From a virus (Duplodnaviria; Heunggongvirae; Uroviricota; Caudoviricetes): a stretch of DNA of 64,000 bases. The stretch is taken from the IMG/VR virus record IMGVR_UViG_3300044557_000292, positions 195,388 through 259,387 of that record. One strand, written 5' to 3'. Within the stretch, counting starts at the first letter, position 1, and each line of letters opens with the position of its first letter. Made by a program: the position numbers and the translations under genes. The notes beneath the pieces were generated by a model, which saw only the letters and a program-made list of their open reading frames with translations, made no database searches and was not told the DNA's origin. Shown here in pieces: positions 20,383 through 29,637 of the stretch.

Positions 20383-21129
20383 CTAGAACCATACGATCTT
20401 TGGCCTGTCATCGTCAATGATGATGTCTTCAAAGTCTTCATCAATAAGACCATTGTTAGCATCCTTGACGGTCTTCCTCAACCTATTCTTAATGGAAGAT
20501 CTTGAGGGATAGTACTTCTCAACATCGCGGTAATGACGTTTGATCATGTGACGGTAATGCTTGTCATGGGTGGATGCAAGATAGGAATTAACGTCTGGCA
20601 TTGTATTATCAGCATGATTGGTAATGACGTTAATGATGACTGTTATGATAGCAACCTTCTTGCAGTTTGACAGGTTGCGATTAATGTCTAGTGAAGACGC
20701 TTTCGGAAGATGATGTTCGTTAATGATATTAATAATAGGCTTGACCGCGTACATTAGTGATGGTCTTCCGGTATCATACCCAACCCATGATCTTGTGTAG
20801 ATTGATTCTTGGGTTATGATCTTATTGTCTGAATCTGGTGTATCGAATTTGGAATCATTGGGAACATTCCTCTCGACGGTCACGTCTATACCATCAGTAT
20901 GAATTCCATCAACTAGGTCAATGGGTATGGTCTTACCCCATTCAACCCAATCATGGATGAGCGCTTCATTCTTGTCCTCCACGGCGATGATAAAGGACAC
21001 GAAGGTCTTACTCCCAAACACTCTCCTAGACCAATTGAGTCTGATCTCCCCGTTATGATCAGTGAAACCAGAGCGCGTGGCCTTGTCCTTAAGAACGTGA
21101 TTGGGAATGTCTTTGATGGTTCTGCTCAC
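20383..21129 (-). CDS. Hypothetical protein
   Basis: 248-aa ORF (MSRTIKDIP...) with AGGAG RBS; no motif recognised. Confidence 0.65.
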   Translation of the reverse strand: MSRTIKDIPNHVLKDKATRSGFTDHNGEIRLNWSRRVFGSKTFVSFIIAVEDKNEALIHDWVEWGKTIPIDLVDGIHTDGIDVTVERNVPNDSKFDTPDSDNKIITQESIYTRSWVGYDTGRPSLMYAVKPIINIINEHHLPKASSLDINRNLSNCKKVAIITVIINVITNHADNTMPDVNSYLASTHDKHYRHMIKRHYRDVEKYYPSRSSIKNRLRKTVKDANNGLIDEDFEDIIIDDDRPKIVWF

Positions 21130-21173
21130 GTCACGCGCTCCTTACTTGCCAGCATTGCTTACGAATCGTTGCA

Positions 21174-22103
21174 TCATAGGGCATTCAAGATGTGATCGAC
21201 CCCGACCTCAACTCCACGCTGGGCTGTTGTCGGCATCCAATCCTTACCGCACCCTGCGAGCGTCCAGTTCCTTATGAGCGCATCATCAATAGACTTCAGC
21301 TCCTCATCAGATGGAGGGTTCTTCTTTGATGAGAGGCTGATCTTAAGATTCTCCTTAAGATCATTGATGCCATCAGAGGCGTTCACGATCTTGATTCCAA
21401 GCTTCCCGCCGTACCCCTTGATTCCAGCGTAATCATCAGCACCGTCCCCGGCGAGCGCGAGCTGCATGCGGACCTTCTCGGGGGGAACGCCCTTCTCCGA
21501 CAGAACCTCAGCACCGTCAACAAGCCTCTCCTCTGATACGGTCTTGCCGTTAACCTTCGAGAGTCTCTTCCTGTACATGATGACCTTGTGGGAGGGGTCA
21601 TCACTCACGCATTGCATTAAGTCTTTGTCGACAGTCCAGATGGCCACATCAGTGTCCTCCCCCGTGCTGTGCGAGATGAGGTCAGACGCGTACGATATGA
21701 TGTCATCGCCCTCCACGCAGGGATGCTCGACCACAACGACCCCCTGATCTAGGAGGGAATCCCTCCAATGATTCTTCCACAGGCTACGAAGGTGATTCAA
21801 CTCGGTCACGTCGGGGTCTTTGTGGTCATCCTTGCGATTAGCCTTGTACGTCTTGAAGAGCTCGTAGCGATTCACCTTAGCGTCATTGATGATTGGCTTG
21901 TACCCAGCATCGAATGCCATGAACGGGATGACAGAATCGTATCCATCGTCAGCCATCTCCCTCATACGCTTGGATAGCATGTGGTCAAGGAGTGAGGTGC
22001 TGAGGCCATCACCCTCCTCCCTGAACCTCTCCAGGGGTATGAATGATGCGGCACGCCATGCGATGTTATTCCCATCTATTACCAGAATGGCTCTCTTTGA
22101 CAT
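21174..22103 (-). CDS. Pol I-like 5'-3' exonuclease / flap endonuclease (stand-alone)
   Basis: ILVIDGNN, FDAG, R.ELFKTYKANR, EGDDII, DKDLMQ, and H3TH LAGDGADDYAGIKGYGGK. Start at ATG 22103 after AGGAG. Confidence 0.9.
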   Translation of the reverse strand: MSKRAILVIDGNNIAWRAASFIPLERFREEGDGLSTSLLDHMLSKRMREMADDGYDSVIPFMAFDAGYKPIINDAKVNRYELFKTYKANRKDDHKDPDVTELNHLRSLWKNHWRDSLLDQGVVVVEHPCVEGDDIISYASDLISHSTGEDTDVAIWTVDKDLMQCVSDDPSHKVIMYRKRLSKVNGKTVSEERLVDGAEVLSEKGVPPEKVRMQLALAGDGADDYAGIKGYGGKLGIKIVNASDGINDLKENLKISLSSKKNPPSDEELKSIDDALIRNWTLAGCGKDWMPTTAQRGVEVGVDHILNAL

Positions 22104-22369
22104 GCCGGGGATTCTCCTTTTAATGTTACGATCTATATTGTACATATTACCATTGACAACAAGATATTCGGGAGGGCTGTAGGAAGATGACGGGTAGAGA
22201 TATTCTCTCATCAATGGGCTTCATGACCGCATAGATTTAAGATCTCGTGATTCTACAGTGGATTAGCACTCGGGAAGTAACGTCATACGCAAAGGAGCTT
22301 TTTCGTGGACTTCCGTTCAGACTATCATCAGAAGCATAGTAGACTGTCGCGTTCTGACAATAATCGAAT

Positions 22370-23338
22370 CTAAGCAGACTTCGGATTGATGAGATGGCCC
22401 CTATCATCAATCGGGAACATCATCTTGTCATCCCCATCACGGGAGTCTAGCCTGGGACGCTTATGCCAGCTGAGATCAACATTCGGGTCATGCATGGATG
22501 AGGCTCTTGATTCCATGCTCGCCCTCTCCATGACCGCTGCTTGATCTGAATCCCATTCTGATATGATCATGGTTCCAGACGTGCCCCTACGAAAGATCCT
22601 AAGCTGTCCGGCCGCGTCATACGGGTCCTCGTCAAGGATCTTCTGCCATGATGACTTCTCGCCTGGATGACCGGGTGACCTCAACGACTCGTATGACAGC
22701 CCCTCAATCTTGACCATCTTGTCCTTCTTGTTGTCATACCGCCAGACGATAGGCCCATGTCCAAGACCCTTTGGATACCCCTCGCCATTCCATCCAGGAT
22801 AATGGAATGGCCTGTGGGCTGGGGCTAGTGGCCGCATCATGTCCCTAAGGGCGTTATAACGTCTTGTCTCCAATCTCCCAGACTTGAACAGGTTGAGGAC
22901 GTATCGTTCACGATCATCACGAGATCCATTGGTCTGCTGGGCTTGCTCATTCCTATTCGCACCTTGCGCTGTATTACGATTCCGCGCATTACTAGCGGAT
23001 GGGCTGGTAACGCTATTCCTTAAATCATGATCGTCTGTAGACTTGGTGTGGTGGATACGATGACTCGTAACAGATGAATCTATATTAGAGTTACACCCAT
23101 GTTGATGCTGGTTGACCCGATGATTCTGATCTTGATTCCTGTTCCCATCCGATTCACGATTCTCGTTCCTAGCTGGCTCGGGGATTGGCAGCGGTGGATG
23201 ATCGTCTGCATGATTCGAAGGTGTGGTGGAATCATTGCTGTCATCTAGGAATGGTAGTGGTAGTGAGTTATCATTCCCTTGAGATGGCGGAGTAGGTGAC
23301 TGGCGTCTACGATTCGACCTGTTCCTTGGTAGTGCCAT
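22370..23338 (-). CDS. Hypothetical protein with disordered N-terminal half
   Basis: 322-aa ORF, coupled to the upstream ORF by a 1-bp overlap at 23338. Confidence 0.65.
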   Translation of the reverse strand: MALPRNRSNRRRQSPTPPSQGNDNSLPLPFLDDSNDSTTPSNHADDHPPLPIPEPARNENRESDGNRNQDQNHRVNQHQHGCNSNIDSSVTSHRIHHTKSTDDHDLRNSVTSPSASNARNRNTAQGANRNEQAQQTNGSRDDRERYVLNLFKSGRLETRRYNALRDMMRPLAPAHRPFHYPGWNGEGYPKGLGHGPIVWRYDNKKDKMVKIEGLSYESLRSPGHPGEKSSWQKILDEDPYDAAGQLRIFRRGTSGTMIISEWDSDQAAVMERASMESRASSMHDPNVDLSWHKRPRLDSRDGDDKMMFPIDDRGHLINPKSA

Positions 23339-23826
23339 TACTTCACCGCGTCCCTGTTAATGAAGAACCCCGGGCTGGTTCTGTTCTCATGATGGTGACG
23401 ATGCGGAATAGTGTCTTTCGCCTTTGCTACGGGCTCTTCCTTCAATTCTGATAATAGCTCATCAGCTATCCATTCTGGAGGAACGTGCTCCTCCCTAGAC
23501 TGGGCTAGTATCGTGTTGAGGATTCCACTATTGAATGACAGGTCTGCAGTACCGCAGTACTCGACGAGATTCAGAGCTTGCTGCCATTGATCCCTCGGTA
23601 CTAGTGACAGGAAGCGTAGTACCTCCTGCTTCTGCATCCATCCCACCGACTGATCAACAAGCGTGAACGCCTTACCCCTAGACCATGAGTCAAGATCCCT
23701 GAATGACTGGGCGTGATCAATAATAGCCTGCTCATCACCATTGATCGTATTGAACGTGGATTCTCTTCCTGTTCTAATAGCTTCAAGAAGACGTTCAGAT
23801 CTGCCGTCAATGCTCTTACCATTCAT
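23338..23826 (-). CDS. Hypothetical protein
   Basis: 162-aa ORF with GGAGGTG RBS. Confidence 0.65.
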   Translation of the reverse strand: MNGKSIDGRSERLLEAIRTGRESTFNTINGDEQAIIDHAQSFRDLDSWSRGKAFTLVDQSVGWMQKQEVLRFLSLVPRDQWQQALNLVEYCGTADLSFNSGILNTILAQSREEHVPPEWIADELLSELKEEPVAKAKDTIPHRHHHENRTSPGFFINRDAVK

Positions 23827-23888
23827 TCAGTATCACCTCCGGGGCTCATTGTCTAGTTCATCGTTCATGCTTAATTTACTGATTCGGT

Positions 23889-24734
23889 TTAGGATAGGAT
23901 CATTACTCCATTGGTCAACAGTATTGATGATGGTGACGTGACCACACCGTACGTGAGCAAGATGAGGAACACGGTGAACGTGATCATGATGAACGGTCCC
24001 ATTGGAGACCCCGTCTTCATGATCCTCTTGAATACGGGAACATTTCTGTCACTCCGCGTGGTTCTCCCACCCGGTCCAACAGCTACGATGATCGCGTTCA
24101 AGATAGCTAGAATTGACGCTATGATAGCAGGCCATATTGACGCGGTTGATAGGAATGGTATGGCGCCGGCCGCAACCATCGCGTACATTCTCCCATCAGC
24201 CATCCCAGATCCAGGAACAGTTCCCAGTAGCCAGGCCATGATGCTAACGATCACGACGGACAGTGGCACCCACGACATCATGGCTGTACCGGCCGTGAGG
24301 GCGATGGAAGCGGCGATCATGATGATCATGTGCGCGACGCCAACCCATCGAGGTATCTTGTGGAATCTCCAGTCAAGTGATGTAGACCATACGAGATGGA
24401 ATCCGTACGTGGAAGCCACAATGAGGAATAGTGCCCATACTCTGCCATCACTGTTCCATACGATACGGGAGAGCGGGCTGAATAGTACTAGAACGCTTGA
24501 TGCGATGGACGATAATGCGGCTAGAGCGTTGAATCCAATCCAATGCTCACCGATGGCCGAATCTTCAATCCAATCGAACGATCTCTTCGACTTGACCTCA
24601 TGACTGTCACCATGATCGTCAGTCGTGCTATTAATGAGCGTCCCCAGTTTCAGAAGTGGTAGAGACCATGCTGTTATAGACAGTATGGCCACCGTTGAGA
24701 CGATGATAATGATTCCGTATGTGATCATGTGCAT
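23889..24734 (-). CDS. Prepilin peptidase-like (A24) membrane aspartic protease
   Basis: Multi-TM; SLDWRFHKIP and GSGMADGR catalytic Asp motifs; C-terminal PMGPFI. Confidence 0.75.
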   Translation of the reverse strand: MHMITYGIIIIVSTVAILSITAWSLPLLKLGTLINSTTDDHGDSHEVKSKRSFDWIEDSAIGEHWIGFNALAALSSIASSVLVLFSPLSRIVWNSDGRVWALFLIVASTYGFHLVWSTSLDWRFHKIPRWVGVAHMIIMIAASIALTAGTAMMSWVPLSVVIVSIMAWLLGTVPGSGMADGRMYAMVAAGAIPFLSTASIWPAIIASILAILNAIIVAVGPGGRTTRSDRNVPVFKRIMKTGSPMGPFIMITFTVFLILLTYGVVTSPSSILLTNGVMILS

Positions 24735-24783
24735 TCCTATTCAGTATGAGCCCGTAAGTTTAGCCTACCTGTCAATAAGATAT

Positions 24784-25899
24784 TCATATGAACGGTCTAT
24801 AGATCTTATTCCTAACTAATCCATTAGAGTTATTAGGTTTAATGTCTTCCTTGATTACTGGAGTTGAAGACGAGGCAGAATGAGTATGATCATCTTCATT
24901 ATCTTCACTACTGTCGGTGGACATGTCGAACTCGTACTCAAGGAGTTGATCATCGAGATCATCCCTGCACTCCGCATCTTTAAGGAATTTCGGAGTCCAT
25001 CCGAACATGTCCTTCTGCTCGATGAGGGTAACACCTTCGGATACGAGTTGGGATCTGCTTACCGATGAGCCAGATGTGATTACGTCATACGTGACCTGCT
25101 CATGCAGGCTGTCAACTATAGAAGGGATGCTGCGTCCATTATAGGAATCATGATAATCTGTATGATTATGGTTGAATAGACCAATCGCATCCTGTTTGGG
25201 GGCAAGGGCGCTGTCACCGTTAATGGTTAGTATCATAGAGTCAGGAGACCAATTCTGTTTCATGCATCCCATGATCTGATTGATAGACCACTTGTAGTAC
25301 TTAAGATTCTCTGGATCATCACTGCTTCCAATGATGTTCTCAAGAGATCCCCACTTAGCGTCATAATCATCATACGGTTTAGACAGACCAGCGATAAGAT
25401 GTCCATCGTCAATGAGTGAGATCCCCATGTGATCATATGTTGACTGGACGCTTAACAGCCTGCTCGACCTAGACCATGATAACTGTCGTGGGGGATTATC
25501 CTTAAGATTAGATCCAATACGCTCCCACCACGCTATTGCTATGGCGTCATCCACAGATCTTATCCTCACGTCAGCTGTTGATAAGCTCATGCTAAAGCCA
25601 ACGTAGAAGTCCTCTGGAGGCATTCCGAGTAGCGGTTGTATGATGACGTTGTCCTTCACTGGGCCATCTAACGCTAAGACCCTGATCTTCGTCCTGGGAG
25701 CTTTATCAATCATGGAATAGGCGGTGGAGACGATCTCGTCAACACTATTACGATCGTTCAACCGCATACTATCATGATACTCTTCGGTAAGATTCATAAG
25801 ATCGCGAATGATGAGTACAAGGCATCCATTATCCTCAACGATCGTGGTTACCTTCATCGTCTTAACGATGTTGTCTACAAGATGATTCATATTGACCAT
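24784..25899 (-). CDS. Hypothetical protein
   Basis: 371-aa ORF at the end of the transfer operon. Confidence 0.65.
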   Translation of the reverse strand: MVNMNHLVDNIVKTMKVTTIVEDNGCLVLIIRDLMNLTEEYHDSMRLNDRNSVDEIVSTAYSMIDKAPRTKIRVLALDGPVKDNVIIQPLLGMPPEDFYVGFSMSLSTADVRIRSVDDAIAIAWWERIGSNLKDNPPRQLSWSRSSRLLSVQSTYDHMGISLIDDGHLIAGLSKPYDDYDAKWGSLENIIGSSDDPENLKYYKWSINQIMGCMKQNWSPDSMILTINGDSALAPKQDAIGLFNHNHTDYHDSYNGRSIPSIVDSLHEQVTYDVITSGSSVSRSQLVSEGVTLIEQKDMFGWTPKFLKDAECRDDLDDQLLEYEFDMSTDSSEDNEDDHTHSASSSTPVIKEDIKPNNSNGLVRNKIYRPFI

Positions 25900-25914
25900 A
25901 TTCTGACTCTTATC

Positions 25915-26805
25915 CTAAGCTACGATCATTCCGTATATGATAGCACTGATGAGGATGAGAATGACAAGCCCGGCTAGAACGATCTTTATCGGCTCGTACC
26001 TCCACAAGTCGGAGAAGTACTTCTTCACCCTACTCCAGGAGAATGGTTCCTTCTTCTTCTCCAGGGGCTCACCGTCAAAAGTCTTCCTTATATTAGTGAA
26101 CGTGTCGGCCAGAGTGCTAGCAAGACTCCTGTTGATGACGATCGTGACCATGGAGTCTTCATCTGAATCCTCATCACCGCTCACATGCTGGCGAACCACG
26201 AGCTTCGGGGGATTCTGTGACAGATGTGCCCTATTATAAGGCTTGCCGGTCTTCTCATTCACCCAATCTTTGACCTCATAGTAGACAAGGGAGTCAAGAA
26301 TCTTCATGGCGCCACTGTCCTCACGCTGGAGGATTATGGCATCATCTGAAGATGTGGATTGACTATTAGAGATAAGATCCTCATATGTGGAATCATCAAG
26401 CTCGTCTTCATCTTGATCGTCTTCATCTTCAATTTCGTCTTCATTGAGATCATCAGAATCATGATCATCTGGATCAGGGATTGGATCTATCGACTCGGCT
26501 TCCTCGTCTGTTTCATCTAAAGACGTGCTGGGCGACGTTTCATTCAGCACGGGATTAGCGTCAACCTCAGGATCTTGTATGGTATCTGTTTCCCTGCCGT
26601 AGACATTCTTATGCTCTTCGTCCTCATTGCTGTTAAGCGTAGACTCTGCAGCGTCAGTCATAGACTTCTTTATAGACTCAAGTTCTGACTGAAGCTGGTT
26701 GATCTTATCGAGGTACTCCCGTGATGGCCCGCCATGATCATTCTCGTTACGATGATCTTGTTTAGAATTGGTTCTTTTTGATCGGTTAGTATTACTCGCC
26801 ATCAT
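25915..26805 (-). CDS. Hypothetical acidic protein with C-terminal TM helix (transfer operon)
   Basis: D/E-rich middle and C-terminal IVLAGLVILILISAIIYGMIVA; overlaps the upstream ORF. Confidence 0.7.
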   Translation of the reverse strand: MMASNTNRSKRTNSKQDHRNENDHGGPSREYLDKINQLQSELESIKKSMTDAAESTLNSNEDEEHKNVYGRETDTIQDPEVDANPVLNETSPSTSLDETDEEAESIDPIPDPDDHDSDDLNEDEIEDEDDQDEDELDDSTYEDLISNSQSTSSDDAIILQREDSGAMKILDSLVYYEVKDWVNEKTGKPYNRAHLSQNPPKLVVRQHVSGDEDSDEDSMVTIVINRSLASTLADTFTNIRKTFDGEPLEKKKEPFSWSRVKKYFSDLWRYEPIKIVLAGLVILILISAIIYGMIVA

Positions 26806-27658
26806 TCCTCGCTTGATCCTCGTTCACGTTACGGGCTGTTATAGCACCCTTATTATCATAAGATATGTCTCCAATTGTGGCCAGCACTGATCCATTGTCA
26901 AGATCAGTCTTGCCATTCGCATTGCCCACGGTCACGACCTGCCACTCACTCCCCGAATCAGAGTTCTTCACCTTCTCTAGGCCAATGTTGACGTTATCAA
27001 ACGGAATAGCAGTCGTTTCAACACCCCAATCGGCTATCTTCGTGTTCAGATAGGCGTCTGGAGTCTTTGTTGATCTCGTGAACGATGATGTCCATCCTAT
27101 AGTCACGTTCGTTATGATTCCAGAGTCACCAGAAGTAGCATTAGCCGACTTCCAGTCAATGGTTACGGTAGATGAATCAGTCTTGAACTGTGATAGTAAC
27201 AGAGAGTCGCTCATGACGTGTAGGTCATTAGATCCAAGTCTGGCCAGTTTGCTGTCAGAGCTGAGAACAGATGGCGCGCCCCCAGATCTTGGCTGGATGA
27301 GCTTCGATATGACCATTGACCTTGTCGTGATCATGTCAGCATACTTGTCTGGTATTGATGACTTTGCCACATCAGCACTGAGCCATTCGTCCCTTAGATC
27401 AGAGATGTCAACACTGGAGTCTTTCCTGATGGAATTCCAGTCTAACCCGAAGGTGCCATCCGTGGATATGAACTCTTTTATGGTTGACTCGATGCTCTTC
27501 CTGTCAGCATCATTAATCACGTAGGACTTTGAGGAAGAGTCTTGCTGGTTGCCATTGGCCATCTTGTTGACGATGAACACTCCGCCAATGATGACGGTGA
27601 CCACGGCCATCATGATGGCCGTCATCTTGTCGCCCCTGGTCTTGAAGATCTTACTCAT
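26792..27658 (-). CDS. Single-pass membrane protein, possibly VirB8/TcpC-like conjugation component
   Basis: N-terminal TM followed by an extracellular domain ending WQVVTV; coupled to the VirB4-like ATPase gene. Family call is from context. Confidence 0.5.
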   Translation of the reverse strand: MSKIFKTRGDKMTAIMMAVVTVIIGGVFIVNKMANGNQQDSSSKSYVINDADRKSIESTIKEFISTDGTFGLDWNSIRKDSSVDISDLRDEWLSADVAKSSIPDKYADMITTRSMVISKLIQPRSGGAPSVLSSDSKLARLGSNDLHVMSDSLLLSQFKTDSSTVTIDWKSANATSGDSGIITNVTIGWTSSFTRSTKTPDAYLNTKIADWGVETTAIPFDNVNIGLEKVKNSDSGSEWQVVTVGNANGKTDLDNGSVLATIGDISYDNKGAITARNVNEDQARNDGE

Positions 27659-28874
27659 CTTGCCCTTCCTCCGCTTCCATCTGCATGCGCTTCTTCATTG
27701 GGTTAGTCTCGAAGGAATGGACCCATCTTGCGTTCTGCTGGATGATGTGCACGCGGCTCACCCGTCCAAGGTAGTCTTTCATGATGCACGTACCGGTATC
27801 AAGATCTGGGAATACGTCTCCGAATGACTGGTAGCTGATACCAAGGCTCTCGCAGAGATCTTGAATCTCGTTCTTATCCTCGGCGCGGAAGGCAAACCTG
27901 GTGACGGCGGAGTTCAAGAGCGAGTTCTTATCATCAGAACTAGACTCAAGGTCAGTGATGTTCTGGGTCATGAGGATGCAGGCCGTGTTCAATGATCGTC
28001 CCATCCTGAAGAGCTGTGACACGGCATTCCTTCCACCCTCAGAAGCGATGAACGCCCATGCCTCGTCAATGAGGACGGTCTTTGGTTCCAGCTTGTGAGC
28101 ACTGTCACTCATGACGGTCAGGATGAAGTCAACGATGAGGTACATGATGCCCAGCGAGAGTCTTTCCTTCGGCTCGTATGAATCCGGGTTCGCTCCGAGT
28201 GCAGGCATCTTGAGACCAAGAACCGTGATGATGGTAAGGCCGTCATCGATGGTGTCGATCTCGGTCTCACCACGACCCCTCTTGAAGAGTAGACCTGACA
28301 TTGGATCAGATTGCTGTATGGTCTGGAGTTTCGTTCCAATGACAGACAACTCGGTCTCCCGTCTACGGAGGAGTAGATTCGTGAGGTTTGACAGTGATGG
28401 GTCGCTTCCGTACGCAACGGTTGTGATCATCGGTTGGAGTAGCGTCTCCTGATCATTCGTGATATTTCCCACTAGGATGCGGACGAGGGCGGTAGCCTTA
28501 GCGACCTTCTTTTCCGGTGTTGATTCTGTTATCAGTGGGTCCATCTTGCCGGTCTGACTACCGTCGTTAAGATCTTTGATTTGCAGGTGACCGTCGAGCT
28601 CATCTTGCAATTCCGCCATCCCGAGGGAGTCATTCTTAGGATCAATATAAACCGTCTTCTTGCCAGATATAGCGCTCATCATGGCAAGGCTCATGCCTAG
28701 TTGTGACTTTCCAGAACCAGGAGCACCCGTGATAACGATTCCACCAGACTTAGATTTCATGTTGATTGCCGTATGCGTATCGTAGAATACGGGGGCTGGA
28801 TAACCCTGCTGATTGAATCCTATGACGGGTCCCCTCCACCGCGGAGGGGTTTGAACTGGAGCATTAGCATTCAT
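27651..28874 (-). CDS. VirB4/TcpF-like conjugation ATPase, C-terminal catalytic half (AAA_10-like)
   Basis: GPVIG...PVFYD, Walker A GAPGSGKS, YIDPKND, Walker B LIDEAW, RMGRSLN, MTQN, GTCIMKDYLGR. Confidence 0.85.
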   Translation of the reverse strand: MNANAPVQTPPRWRGPVIGFNQQGYPAPVFYDTHTAINMKSKSGGIVITGAPGSGKSQLGMSLAMMSAISGKKTVYIDPKNDSLGMAELQDELDGHLQIKDLNDGSQTGKMDPLITESTPEKKVAKATALVRILVGNITNDQETLLQPMITTVAYGSDPSLSNLTNLLLRRRETELSVIGTKLQTIQQSDPMSGLLFKRGRGETEIDTIDDGLTIITVLGLKMPALGANPDSYEPKERLSLGIMYLIVDFILTVMSDSAHKLEPKTVLIDEAWAFIASEGGRNAVSQLFRMGRSLNTACILMTQNITDLESSSDDKNSLLNSAVTRFAFRAEDKNEIQDLCESLGISYQSFGDVFPDLDTGTCIMKDYLGRVSRVHIIQQNARWVHSFETNPMKKRMQMEAEEGQDE

Positions 28875-28994
28875 AAGTTATAAGATATGTTAGTTAACGT
28901 TTGAGATCATATCCTAACGGAAAGCGGTTAACGTTCTCACAAATATCAGTGTATGTTAATTGATGCGATTACATTTTTTGTTAATCACCATTAA

Positions 28995-29516
28995 TCATTT
29001 GTGACGATGTAGAGCTTTATTGATCTTATTGCTCCTTCTCCTCTTGACGGCCTTAGAGTATCCACCGTCAGCTTCATCAATCTCCTCTTCTTCCTGTCCG
29101 TAGCAGTCCCAATCGGCAGTCCATAGATCAAATCCTGTAGACATGTTCTCACCGTAGTCATACGACACGAGGTCGGTGTATGTTCTTGCCTGTCCCATGT
29201 ATCTGAATATGGATACGAGATCTTTGATGAGGGGCTTGTTATGGAATACCGGCCTTGACATGATAGCGCCCATGAGAACGGGCGGCCCGAACGTGATTCC
29301 AGCCCAGACGATATTGGAAAGAACCCTGTCAGCGCCTATGATCGCGAACATCGGGCCAGACCATAGGAACAGCATGAGGAGCGTGTACCCGACTGCTTTC
29401 AGGGATTTCGGCTTCTGGAACCGTATATCTCCAAGAGCATAGATCTGCAGGTCGCGTTTGAAGAAGTCAGTGTACACGTTAATGACTACAGGCTGGACCT
29501 CTTCCTCATCATCCAT
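28995..29516 (-). CDS. TcpE-family conjugal transfer membrane protein
   Basis: YT..FK....IYALGDIRF.KP, two TM helices, F.NKPL; lies directly upstream of the VirB4-like ATPase. Confidence 0.7.
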   Translation of the reverse strand: MDDEEEVQPVVINVYTDFFKRDLQIYALGDIRFQKPKSLKAVGYTLLMLFLWSGPMFAIIGADRVLSNIVWAGITFGPPVLMGAIMSRPVFHNKPLIKDLVSIFRYMGQARTYTDLVSYDYGENMSTGFDLWTADWDCYGQEEEEIDEADGGYSKAVKRRRSNKINKALHRHK

Positions 29517-29579
29517 GATCTTATTACCCCCTAGTTAAAAAGAATTCCCATCCTTACTGTCAATTGTTAGGATATGAAG

Positions 29580-29613
29580 ATCCCCGGTAGTCTTTCATGC
29601 GAGTACCGGGGAT
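29580..29613 (-). terminator. Intrinsic terminator hairpin
   Basis: ATCCCCGGTA...TACCGGGGAT downstream of ORF 29638-31224. Confidence 0.65.
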
Positions 29614-29637
29614 TAATTCAGGATTCATGCTAACAGA

